64,000 bases of DNA from the IMG/VR virus record IMGVR_UViG_3300014838_000019, positions 1 to 64,000 of that record; one strand, given 5' to 3'. The DNA comes from a virus. The notes beneath the pieces were generated by a model, which was not told where the DNA came from, ran no database searches, and worked only from the letters and a program-made list of their open reading frames with translations. Both the position numbers and the translations under genes were made by a program. Positions 1 to 7,467 of this stretch are shown here, piece by piece; within the stretch, counting starts at the first letter, position 1; each line of letters begins with the position of its first letter.

Positions 1-79
1 ACTGGCTTGACGCAAGTCGGAATGTTGGTTGGAAGTACAACGACCATCTCCATTGTGGGTTCGAATCCCATCACAGTAA
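1..79 (+). ncRNA. Partial tRNA-like RNA (5' end outside window)
   Basis: Clear T-arm GTGGG-TTCGAAT-CCCAT followed by an acceptor-like 3' strand (CACAGTA). Upstream hairpins do not form a canonical anticodon arm. Confidence 0.4.
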
Positions 80-112
80 GAATTGATAGCGTCCATGTAT
101 ATCTCTAATTAT

Positions 113-196
113 GCTGATGTGGTGTAATGGAAGCCACGCAAGTCTCAGAAGCTTGTGCCGAAAGGCGTGGGAGTTCGACTCTCCCCATCAGCACCA
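113..196 (+). tRNA. tRNA-Leu(CAG)
   Basis: Cloverleaf with anticodon arm CAAGT-CTCAGAA-GCTTG, long variable arm, GTTCGA T-loop, encoded CCA. Confidence 0.95.
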
Positions 197-221
197 AATT
201 TAGTCATGGTTCAGCATCTCT

Positions 222-299
222 GCCACGGTGATGCAATTTGGAAGACATTCCTGATTTAGACTCAGGATTTTAGGGGTTCAAGTCCCCTCTGTGGCACCA
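222..299 (+). tRNA. tRNA-Leu(TAG), short variable loop
   Basis: Anticodon arm CCTGA-TTTAGAC-TCAGG, 5-nt variable loop, A73 discriminator, CCA. Confidence 0.9.
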
Positions 300-303
300 A
301 TTT

Positions 304-594
304 ATGAATAAGTTTAAACAAATTTTTGATGATTCGTGGAAAAAATATAACTTACCTCCGAAAAAGGTATTCAAATTTACATGGGAATATTGTCCCTTAT
401 GCGATGCTATGTTTGTGCGCTGCCCTAAATGTGGAAATAATTGTTGTAATGCAACTTTTGGCCGAGTGACAAAACTCGGGTTTCCAACAAAACGGTGGGG
501 GAAAGAAACTAAAGAATGTGATGTGTGTAATTTGGCATATATGTATCAATCGTTGGCCGAACAAACAAATACGGTTCCTAAAAAACCGTTATGA
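304..594 (+). CDS. Hypothetical Cys-rich (zinc-finger) protein
   Basis: Multiple CxxC motifs (CPLC, CPKC, CDVC); starts right after the tRNA. Confidence 0.7.
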   Translation: MNKFKQIFDDSWKKYNLPPKKVFKFTWEYCPLCDAMFVRCPKCGNNCCNATFGRVTKLGFPTKRWGKETKECDVCNLAYMYQSLAEQTNTVPKKPL

Positions 595-884
595 ACATCA
601 ACTCAGTTAACATTGATTTAGACCAAGCGATTGGCGTAGTAACATTTTCAGATAACAGCGTCATACACATCAAAGGTTATTGTCAATGTGTAGCGTTTGG
701 TGAAATCGTATGGAATTATACATATATGAAAGACAAATTGCAACACGAGAAAGACTACGTTGAGTTCTTGGAGAAGCGACTGAAAAGTTCTCATTTTAAG
801 AAGAACGTAAGCCCCGAAGAATTTGAAAAGACCGAGAAAAAGCTTAAGAAAGCCCGACTTGTCTTGAGGGTGTTGGAAAAATAA
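591..884 (+). CDS. Hypothetical protein; C-terminus resembles the ValRS C-terminal tRNA-binding coiled coil
   Basis: ATGA overlap with the previous ORF. LEKRLKSSHFKKNVSPEEFEKTEKKL resembles the ValRS motif xxKLxNxxFxxKAPxEVVEKEREKL. Confidence 0.55.
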   Translation: MNINSVNIDLDQAIGVVTFSDNSVIHIKGYCQCVAFGEIVWNYTYMKDKLQHEKDYVEFLEKRLKSSHFKKNVSPEEFEKTEKKLKKARLVLRVLEK

Positions 885-950
885 TTTGACTTTCATCCGT
901 TATTGTAGTAGGCTACAAACAATCCGTTAAGCCTGTAGGCAGGCAAAAAT

Positions 951-1026
951 GTCGGTGTAGTGAAATGGTTATCACGGAAGCCTTTCAAGCTTTAATAGGC
1001 GAGTTCAATTCTCCCCACCGACACCA
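951..1026 (+). tRNA. tRNA-Glu(TTC)
   Basis: Anticodon arm GAAGC-CTTTCAA-GCTTT, CCA end. Confidence 0.93.
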
Positions 1027-1071
1027 TTATAATAGGACATTGTTTTTAGATATTTTCCCTTATTAATCAAT

Positions 1072-1437
1072 ATGAGAACATGGATAGAGCAAAAACCTAA
1101 AAGTCATAACTGTGGCCCAATTGCTGTCGCCGTTATCGCAGGTGTTACTTTAGAAGAAGCGATAAAAGCAATAGGTAAGAAGGGTTCCACTACAACTAAA
1201 CAATTGGTTTGTGGGTTACGTAAACTTGGATGGAATTGTCCTGACCGATGTAAGAAAATGCCGAAACCACCACTTGGGATTGCACAGTTGAAATCCCCCA
1301 CACGAAAATCGGGATGGCATTGGGTAGTTGTTGATGGAGACAAAATTTACGATGGATGTAACGGGAATCCCGATGGCACTGTCAGATGGATTAATGGAGA
1401 ACGAATCACGTCGTATCTTCCAGTGACAAAGATTTAA
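1072..1437 (+). CDS. C39-like cysteine peptidase domain protein
   Basis: Q-x5-CGP, HWVVV and IYD motifs in the C39 order (Q, C, H, D). Confidence 0.65.
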   Translation: MRTWIEQKPKSHNCGPIAVAVIAGVTLEEAIKAIGKKGSTTTKQLVCGLRKLGWNCPDRCKKMPKPPLGIAQLKSPTRKSGWHWVVVDGDKIYDGCNGNPDGTVRWINGERITSYLPVTKI

Positions 1438-1438
1438 T

Positions 1439-1516
1439 GCGTTAGTAATGGCTCCGGTTTCTACCCGGTACGTGCATAATTGGACAATGAGGGTTCGAGT
1501 CCCTCCTGACGCACCA
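1439..1516 (+). tRNA. Atypical D-armless tRNA-Arg(TCT)-like gene
   Basis: Acceptor GCGTTAG/CTGACGC+ACCA, T-arm GAGGG-TTCGAGT-CCCTC, anticodon arm CCGG-TTTCTAC-CCGG. Only ~8 nt where the D-arm should be and ~20 nt in the variable position. Confidence 0.7.
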
Positions 1517-1626
1517 CTTTTTATCAGAAAATTACTGACCACGGTATCAGTAAGTTTACGGTCGCCAAGAAGAAAGTCATTACTGATGACGAACCTACTT
1601 CCCGACGCAATCGTTAACCAACAAGT

Positions 1627-1702
1627 GGCTTCATGGTGAAATTGGACATCATGGGAATTTCCTAAATTTTCGTTCCGAGTTCAAATCTCGGTGGAGCCAC
1701 CA
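1627..1702 (+). tRNA. tRNA-Arg(CCT)
   Basis: Anticodon loop TTCCTAA, T-loop GTTCAAAT, CCA. Confidence 0.9.
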
Positions 1703-1706
1703 CTTT

Positions 1707-1958
1707 ATGAAATCATTTACAAAAGTTACAGAGACCACCTACACTCCAACATGGATTAAATCTCATTTCATCACTTACGACGAGCATTTTATTCGCATTC
1801 GCCAAAATTTTCCATACAAATGTGACCGCTGTGAAAAATGCGATCACAAATTTCTTCTTGGAGAAAGTATTGGCTTAGCTGCATTTGAGAACATTGGAAA
1901 CCGAGTGTTATGTGAATCCTGTGTCATAGAATTAGAATGTTCACATCAACCGGCATAG
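1707..1958 (+). CDS. Hypothetical zinc-finger protein
   Basis: CDRCEKC and LCESC motifs. Confidence 0.65.
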   Translation: MKSFTKVTETTYTPTWIKSHFITYDEHFIRIRQNFPYKCDRCEKCDHKFLLGESIGLAAFENIGNRVLCESCVIELECSHQPA

Positions 1959-2365
1959 TTCATTACGATGATGACGAAGGACATAGAGTAATTCTCCGAG
2001 TATCTCAAAGCTTGGCGGATTATTATAGGTCATTCATTCCCAAATGTGAAAGAGTCATCAAACCAAGGTGGGCGGCTCATGCAACGGTTATAAGACCGGG
2101 ATTTGAAGTTCCTCCCAAGATTAGTTATTGGGGAGACTACGAGGGAGAGGTAGTAGAATTTCTATATGATTCATATCAGTTGAATGGTTACGGCTATTAC
2201 TGGGTGAACATATGGTCAAAAAGATTGGAAGAAATTCGCACTGAATTGGGGTTGACCAATGTTAGCAAATATGCATTGCGTCCACCGGGATATGATAAGA
2301 CCTTTCATATCACCATCGGTAACTATATAGAAATACTTAGGAATGGGGAGTCTCCCGAAAAATAA
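1937..2365 (+). CDS. 2H phosphoesterase-family protein
   Basis: Two HxT motifs (HATV and HITI) about 75 aa apart. Confidence 0.7.
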   Translation: MFTSTGIVHYDDDEGHRVILRVSQSLADYYRSFIPKCERVIKPRWAAHATVIRPGFEVPPKISYWGDYEGEVVEFLYDSYQLNGYGYYWVNIWSKRLEEIRTELGLTNVSKYALRPPGYDKTFHITIGNYIEILRNGESPEK

Positions 2366-2378
2366 GTGCAGATTTCAT

Positions 2379-2410
2379 TTGACATTTCGTTAAGGTCTGT
2401 TATATTTATA
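2379..2410 (+). promoter_or_regulatory. Composite sigma70-like plus late promoter
   Basis: TTGACA-N16-TATATT with extended TG, overlapping TATTTATA, just before tRNA-Ser. Confidence 0.7.
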
Positions 2411-2418
2411 CTCACAAC

Positions 2419-2510
2419 GGTAGGATGGCAGAGCACGGCTTATCGCACCTGACTTGAAATCAGATGTGGCCTCAAAACCACCGGGGGTTCGAATCCCTCT
2501 CCTACCGCCA
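2419..2510 (+). tRNA. tRNA-Ser(TGA)
   Basis: Anticodon loop CTTGAAA, long variable arm, G73, CCA. Confidence 0.95.
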
Positions 2511-2516
2511 ATTTCT

Positions 2517-2590
2517 GCGGGGTTAATTAATCGGTATAATAATTCGCCTACACCGAATAGTGAGTGGTTCGACTCCACTACCTCGTACCA
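2517..2590 (+). tRNA. tRNA-Val(TAC) with non-canonical C33
   Basis: Anticodon arm ATTCG-CCTACAC-CGAAT, GTTCGA T-loop, ACCA. Confidence 0.85.
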
Positions 2591-2594
2591 TTTT

Positions 2595-2798
2595 ATGTCA
2601 GATGCAGTGACTCAAACGCCCGATTGGTTGGTTGACAGAATGGATAAAATATCCAAACTGCCACCGCCGACGTTGGAAGAAGTGAGGATGCAGTTTGATG
2701 GGTCGAGCAATCAAAAAGAATCTAAGGTTATCATTGTTACACCGACCATGAGTCGAGTGGTTAAATCCGCAGGCAAGAAATTGTGGCAAATTTTATAA
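2595..2798 (+). CDS. Hypothetical protein
   Basis: ATG directly after the tRNA 3' end; the longer computed ORF overlaps tRNAs. Confidence 0.55.
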   Translation: MSDAVTQTPDWLVDRMDKISKLPPPTLEEVRMQFDGSSNQKESKVIIVTPTMSRVVKSAGKKLWQIL

Positions 2799-2836
2799 TG
2801 TGACTTACGAAGATTTCAATATGAAATCTGTTCAAT

Positions 2837-2924
2837 GGAAGGTAAAACAGCCAGGGGTTGTGATTGATTGCTAATCAAATCGTGCCTTAATCGGCATGGG
2901 AATCGTGCTCTCTGCCTTCCGCCA
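2837..2924 (+). tRNA. tRNA-Ser(GCT) with atypical D- and T-loops
   Basis: Acceptor GGAAGGT/GCCTTCC+GCCA, anticodon loop TTGCTAA, long variable arm. T-loop region reads GAATCGTG rather than GTTCGA. Confidence 0.85.
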
Positions 2925-2935
2925 ATTTCGTAATT

Positions 2936-3001
2936 GCGAGTCAATCCTTTAACTCTATACAGTGATTTACGACTGTGAGTGGGGACTAAATAGACCGCCC
3001 A
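2936..3001 (+). ncRNA. Candidate structured RNA ending in CCA
   Basis: Closing stem GCG(A)GTC/GACCGC followed by CCA, with internal hairpin ACAGT...ACTGT. Confidence 0.3.
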
Positions 3002-3007
3002 ATTTAT

Positions 3008-4323
3008 CTTTGTAGGAGCAGAAAACCCATCTCCCTTTAGGGGATGGGATGAATGCGACTCATTGAAAATAATTTAACGTTTTCTGAAAGTGATTGATAT
3101 GTATCTTGTAGAATGTATAACCGAGCATACAAATATCGTTTGATTCCGAATAAAGAACAACAAGTTCTATTGTCCAAACACTTTGGACATTGTAGATTCG
3201 TATATAACCATTTCCTCCAAGTGAAGATTGACCATTACAAGAAAACCAAGAAAACAATCAATTGGCAGGATATGGCAACACAACTTCCAAAATTAAAGAA
3301 TGAATATGAATGGTTAAGTGAGGTTGGCTCACAATCTCTCCAGCAATCTATTCTCAATTTAGATAGAGCATATACATCTTTCTTTCGTAGTGGAACTGGA
3401 TTTCCCAAGTTTAAGTCGAGAAAGTATGCTCGCAAATCATTCATTGTTCCTATTACTAATAACAATATTAAATTGAACTATGAAACGAAACGATTGGTCA
3501 TACCAAAGTTTAGAAATGGTATTAAATGTATCTTTGATAGAGAAGCAGAAGGAACATTAAAGCAAGCAATCATATCACAAGACAGAGATGGAACGTATTA
3601 TGTCTCCATATTGGTTGAAGTGAATAATGATTTTCCAACTAAACCAGAACCAAAGAAGACTAAAGCGATTGGAATGGATTTTGGAGTAAAGACGTTCCTA
3701 ACATTGAATAATGGAGAAAAGATTGAAAATCCAAAAGTGTTGAAACAATCATCTGATAAATTGGGAAAACGCCAGCAAGAACTGGAGACATTAACCAAAG
3801 GTTCCACTGCTCACATTTCCAAGCAAGAGCAGATTACCAAACTCCATAGTAAAATAGCAAGACAGAGAAAAGATTTCTTGGATAAACTCTCACACAAACT
3901 AACCAATGATAACCAAATTGGAACGATTTGTATTGAGGACTTATCCATAAAAAACATGCAGGCAGACAACTACAAAGCAACCAACAATAGAATTGCTGAT
4001 TATGCTTGGGGTAAGTTTGTGAGTATGTTGCAGTATAAGAGTGATTGGTATGGGAAGAACTTCCGAAAGATTGGAAGATTTGACCCGTCCAGTAAAATGT
4101 GTAACGAATGTGGATATGTAAATCATTCTCTAACTTTAAGTGACAGAGAATGGAAGTGTCCAAGTTGTAGCACAAATCACGATAGAGGTGTGAATGCTGC
4201 CAAGAATATCTTGGACTTCTCATTTCCCAAAACAGAGTTTAATAAGGGTAGGAATTACCCTATAGAAACCTTAATGTTAGAGCAACGGGGAAACCCACTT
4301 GCTTTAGCGGGTGGGTAATTCAT
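3008..4323 (+). mobile_element. IS200/IS605-family tnpB-only element (IS1341-like)
   Basis: Subterminal hairpins at the left end (CCCATCTCCCTTTAGGGATGGG) and right end (CCCACTTGCTTTAGCGGGTGGG...TTCAT); TTTAT lies immediately 5'; no tnpA. Confidence 0.75.
3113..4318 (+). CDS. tnpB: TnpB RNA-guided endonuclease; RuvC-III Asp appears mutated to Gly
   Basis: N-terminal AYKYRLIP...FGHCRFVYN, RuvC-I GMDFG, RuvC-II IEDL, CxxC/CxxC zinc ribbon, HDRGVNAAKNI where HDRDxNAAxNI is expected. Confidence 0.93.
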   Translation: MYNRAYKYRLIPNKEQQVLLSKHFGHCRFVYNHFLQVKIDHYKKTKKTINWQDMATQLPKLKNEYEWLSEVGSQSLQQSILNLDRAYTSFFRSGTGFPKFKSRKYARKSFIVPITNNNIKLNYETKRLVIPKFRNGIKCIFDREAEGTLKQAIISQDRDGTYYVSILVEVNNDFPTKPEPKKTKAIGMDFGVKTFLTLNNGEKIENPKVLKQSSDKLGKRQQELETLTKGSTAHISKQEQITKLHSKIARQRKDFLDKLSHKLTNDNQIGTICIEDLSIKNMQADNYKATNNRIADYAWGKFVSMLQYKSDWYGKNFRKIGRFDPSSKMCNECGYVNHSLTLSDREWKCPSCSTNHDRGVNAAKNILDFSFPKTEFNKGRNYPIETLMLEQRGNPLALAGG

Positions 4324-4533
4324 ATGATATGTTTTCTTTGTTCGTGTGAAGAATTCAACGTGAAGATGGATGCTGTAGTTATTCAGGAATATAAAGGGAT
4401 GACCCTCGAAGTTCCAAGTCCAACTATGGTTTGCAAAAAGTGCGGGTGGGAAACCCTCGCCCGTGGTCAAGTGGATGCCTTATTTGTTGCTACTAAAAAG
4501 TGTTATGAAGAAAAAGTTTCCGAAGTTTCCTGA
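4324..4533 (+). CDS. Stand-alone YgiT/MqsA-type zinc-finger protein
   Basis: MxCxxC...YKGMTLEV...CKKCG followed by a helix, matching the MqsA N-terminal layout; no HTH domain. Confidence 0.7.
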   Translation: MICFLCSCEEFNVKMDAVVIQEYKGMTLEVPSPTMVCKKCGWETLARGQVDALFVATKKCYEEKVSEVS

Positions 4534-4846
4534 CTCTGTAATCATACTCAAACAGTATTTAACGTACATGGATTATGCAGCTACGGGTGAAGGTAGGACG
4601 TTTGAACTTAATATTTGTTTTGCCGAGACTCAAGCTGAGGCAAAAGCAAAACATTTGAAAAGATTTTATCCTACAGATGACGCAGCCCGAACATACTACG
4701 GTGTAGCTGTTGAGGTGGTTCCATTTAAAAGTAAAAGAGCCAAGGACATTATTACACATATATTCAAGTTGGGCGAGGGATTACACGAAGATTTACTTAA
4801 ATATGGAATTGATTTCTATTTCAAGTATTATGTTAATGCAAGTTAA
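4505..4846 (+). CDS. Hypothetical protein
   Basis: ORF from the in-frame ATG at 4505. Confidence 0.65.
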   Translation: MKKKFPKFPDSVIILKQYLTYMDYAATGEGRTFELNICFAETQAEAKAKHLKRFYPTDDAARTYYGVAVEVVPFKSKRAKDIITHIFKLGEGLHEDLLKYGIDFYFKYYVNAS

Positions 4847-4956
4847 TATATAAAATAAGGTCAGAGACATTCTTTAATGTTTTTTACTCGCAGCCTTATG
4901 GCTTACGAGATTGCTTCGGGGTCAGTGAGCAGGATTAATCACGGACTCAATAATTT

Positions 4957-5322
4957 ATGAAAACGAAAAATGCAGTTGTAGTATCAATCGTCGGCGCAAT
5001 AGTCGCCTTAACATTAACAGGTTGTGTCGCAACATGGACACCAGGAGGCGTAGTTGTTAGTGGACCACCACCATTGGTGATCGAACCTCCAATTGTAGAA
5101 GTCTCTCCAGTCGGAGTTGCAGTCGGTGTTCCAGATGAATATACTTGGGATGGATACGAATATGTGGGAATCGTAGGTGGGCAATATGTTTACCTTGGAC
5201 CCGTTGGCGTTTGGGGTGTCTGTGAACCTTGGCGTTTAGACCGCTTTCATGGATGGGAACGTGGTCATAGTGATTGGCGTAGCCATGCTTTTCATGGACG
5301 TGGAGGGCATGGTCGTCGTTAA
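4957..5322 (+). CDS. Putative lipoprotein
   Basis: Signal peptide with lipobox LTGC, Pro-rich segment, W/G-rich core, His/Gly/Arg tail. Confidence 0.75.
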   Translation: MKTKNAVVVSIVGAIVALTLTGCVATWTPGGVVVSGPPPLVIEPPIVEVSPVGVAVGVPDEYTWDGYEYVGIVGGQYVYLGPVGVWGVCEPWRLDRFHGWERGHSDWRSHAFHGRGGHGRR

Positions 5323-5327
5323 TTCCT

Positions 5328-5528
5328 ATGGAATACATCAACGAAGCAAATTCATTCCTCGACGCTCTGTATAAGAGCGTTGGGGCTTCTACCGCAGAGC
5401 AAAAGTATAATACACTAATTCTTAGGCTCGGGTACGAAAACGAGTTTATTGGGTTCAGTCATATTCCAACATGGCAACAAAAGCAGAGAATGATGGAATA
5501 TGAACTTTTGGATCGTCAAGGCGCATGA
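5328..5528 (+). CDS. Hypothetical protein
   Basis: Tightly packed ORF in an operon. Confidence 0.6.
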   Translation: MEYINEANSFLDALYKSVGASTAEQKYNTLILRLGYENEFIGFSHIPTWQQKQRMMEYELLDRQGA

Positions 5529-5833
5529 GAAAATGGCTCCAAACTATTGCTGCGTGTATTGCGTTGATACTTATAGTTGGATGTGTTCCAATACACGTCA
5601 ATGGTACAACGCATTATCTAGTGGTGGGCATTGGAGTAATAAGTGTAAATAACACTAATCAAGCCTTGGCACAAGTGACTAAAGCAACAATCCTTGGGGG
5701 ATATGCATCGGAACAGGGTGGAGGTATTGGATTTAGTTCGGTTAAGAAAGTAATGATCGCTACAAACGTCAATATGGTTATTGACGTGAGTAATGCCCCA
5801 TTCAAACCTTTAAATGTGGAAGTTCAAAAATGA
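5525..5833 (+). CDS. Putative lipoprotein
   Basis: Hydrophobic leader with IVGC lipobox; ATGA overlaps. Confidence 0.7.
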   Translation: MRKWLQTIAACIALILIVGCVPIHVNGTTHYLVVGIGVISVNNTNQALAQVTKATILGGYASEQGGGIGFSSVKKVMIATNVNMVIDVSNAPFKPLNVEVQK

Positions 5834-6252
5834 AAAATAAAATTATAAGCTTTATTAGCATGGGTCTGTTGGCAGTTTTGATGATGGGATGTAAAATTCA
5901 ACCAAATTACATTATTATATCATCCGCCACCACGGTTGGGTTTGATGTATCTGAATCAACCGTATCACAAACCCCGCAAGCCACCTTGGCATATAAACGA
6001 GGCGAGTTAGTGATTGTGCCGATTCCTACGAATGGACCTGTTCCCGATGTCATTATGGATTTCAGTTTCAAGACTTCAATATTTACTTCATCGGGTGGAA
6101 TTTATTCTCGAATTGCAACGGGTCCACATGCGACCACAAGTGCCGCTTCGGCATTGATGATGTCTAAGGATAAAAACGGAAACCTTTTTACGAATTTACC
6201 TAGTGTTTTGCCTTCGATCACCACTTTCCTAACTCCTAAATCAACAAAATAA
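5830..6252 (+). CDS. Putative lipoprotein
   Basis: Leader with MMGC lipobox. Confidence 0.7.
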   Translation: MKNKIISFISMGLLAVLMMGCKIQPNYIIISSATTVGFDVSESTVSQTPQATLAYKRGELVIVPIPTNGPVPDVIMDFSFKTSIFTSSGGIYSRIATGPHATTSAASALMMSKDKNGNLFTNLPSVLPSITTFLTPKSTK

Positions 6253-6254
6253 GT

Positions 6255-6506
6255 ATGACGAAATTAAATAGTTATTGTAAACACCTCAAACCAGGTAAGA
6301 TATATCTTGCCGAAAAAGTTGCAGCGGAAAAGATAAAAATAGCTCGCCAAGCCGTGGTTGATCGTGCTGAAAAGGATGCTGAATTTGCCGCAGATGTTTT
6401 GAAAGCTATTGGTGACAAGTTGAGTCCCGAGGCTAGAAACATATGTGAAAAGAGCGTTGCAACCGACAAGGCAAAAAAACTTCAATCTGGATTTGTGGAT
6501 TTGTGA
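6255..6506 (+). CDS. Hypothetical protein
   Basis: Operon-packed ORF. Confidence 0.6.
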   Translation: MTKLNSYCKHLKPGKIYLAEKVAAEKIKIARQAVVDRAEKDAEFAADVLKAIGDKLSPEARNICEKSVATDKAKKLQSGFVDL

Positions 6507-6530
6507 ATTTTGATTGATAGTTATTAATAT

Positions 6531-6607
6531 CGGAGCGTAGGATAATTGGCTATTCCGCATGTTTTGGGTACATGATATTGCGAGTTCAAGTCTCGCCGCT
6601 CCGACCA
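6531..6607 (+). tRNA. tRNA-Pro(TGG)
   Basis: CGGAGCG acceptor, anticodon arm CATGT-TTTGGGT-ACATG, CCA. Confidence 0.95.
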
Positions 6608-6620
6608 TCTTCTAAAAGTT

Positions 6621-6944
6621 ATGAGTAACAACATTTATCCCGTATCAACAGGTCAAAAACCTCCATTCTACGTAGAGTTTAATCGTGGTGGAATGGGCGG
6701 AGAATTCACTCTGTTTCGTCGTAACTTCATGTATTCACCAAGCGAGTTAGCAGAAATGGAAAAGAAATCTCCTGAACACGCCCCCATGTTAAAACTGTGC
6801 AATGAAGTTCACCCTTGGAATCTATTCACGGCTGAGTATGGTAAGGATGGATCAGTTCCCGACCGCAAGTGGATTGAATGGATGGTAGATGCTTTAAACT
6901 CAAAGGCGGAACAGGAAGAAATGGGAAGTGAATATTTCTCTTGA
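6621..6944 (+). CDS. Hypothetical protein
   Basis: 107-aa ORF. Confidence 0.65.
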   Translation: MSNNIYPVSTGQKPPFYVEFNRGGMGGEFTLFRRNFMYSPSELAEMEKKSPEHAPMLKLCNEVHPWNLFTAEYGKDGSVPDRKWIEWMVDALNSKAEQEEMGSEYFS

Positions 6945-6977
6945 CCCTTAACTTATTTTCCGATACAATTTAGACCT

Positions 6978-7343
6978 ATGACAAAACCTGAAAAAATCAA
7001 AGCTATTCTAGCACGTCTCAAAAAGGAAAACGCTGACATTGCGGAGGCTCATATCTCGGCTATGGTCATTACTGGTTATTTAGATGATCTCGCTCAGGCG
7101 GGGATCATCGAAAGCGCATTCGCTATGACCCCCGTTGGTCGCTCAGTAAGGTCTATTTGCGAAGAGTTTGATTGGAAACCGACTGATGAAGACCTAATTG
7201 CATTTGTAAGCAATATGGTCGGTCCTGAAGAACGTGTTGGGTTCTTGTTTATGCTGAAAAAGTATCGGGATGATCGAACTGGGCTTCTGACAGAATTTAA
7301 GGCTATGATGGATAAACAAACTCCTCCCGACGAAGCAACGTAA
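6978..7343 (+). CDS. Hypothetical protein
   Basis: 121-aa ORF preceded by a TTGACC...TACAAT promoter-like sequence. Confidence 0.7.
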   Translation: MTKPEKIKAILARLKKENADIAEAHISAMVITGYLDDLAQAGIIESAFAMTPVGRSVRSICEEFDWKPTDEDLIAFVSNMVGPEERVGFLFMLKKYRDDRTGLLTEFKAMMDKQTPPDEAT

Positions 7344-7375
7344 GGTTTGGTAATTCGTTTAATATTTATAGTAAA

Positions 7376-7460
7376 GCCGCTGTGGTGTAACTGGAAGCCA
7401 CACAAGTTTGAGAGACTTGTGCCGTAAGGCGTGGAGGTTCAAATCCTCTCAGCGGCACCA
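7376..7460 (+). tRNA. tRNA-Leu(GAG)
   Basis: Anticodon arm CAAGT-TTGAGAG-ACTTG, long variable arm, CCA; close paralog of tRNA-Leu(CAG). Confidence 0.95.
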
Positions 7461-7467
7461 TTTTATC

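Noticed and set aside
222-299. Possible suppressor tRNA or stop-codon recoding
   Set aside because: The 7-nt loop TTTAGAC places TAG (Leu) at positions 34-36, not TTA or CTA. Long core genes are intact under the standard code.
1439-1516. Amber (CTA) reading of the atypical tRNA anticodon
   Set aside because: Only the CCGG/CCGG register pairs, which gives TCT; shifting to CTA destroys the stem.
1530-1620. Hammerhead ribozyme suggested by CTGATGA
   Set aside because: No stem II followed by GAAA and no matching stems I/III; the region looks more like an ORF remnant.
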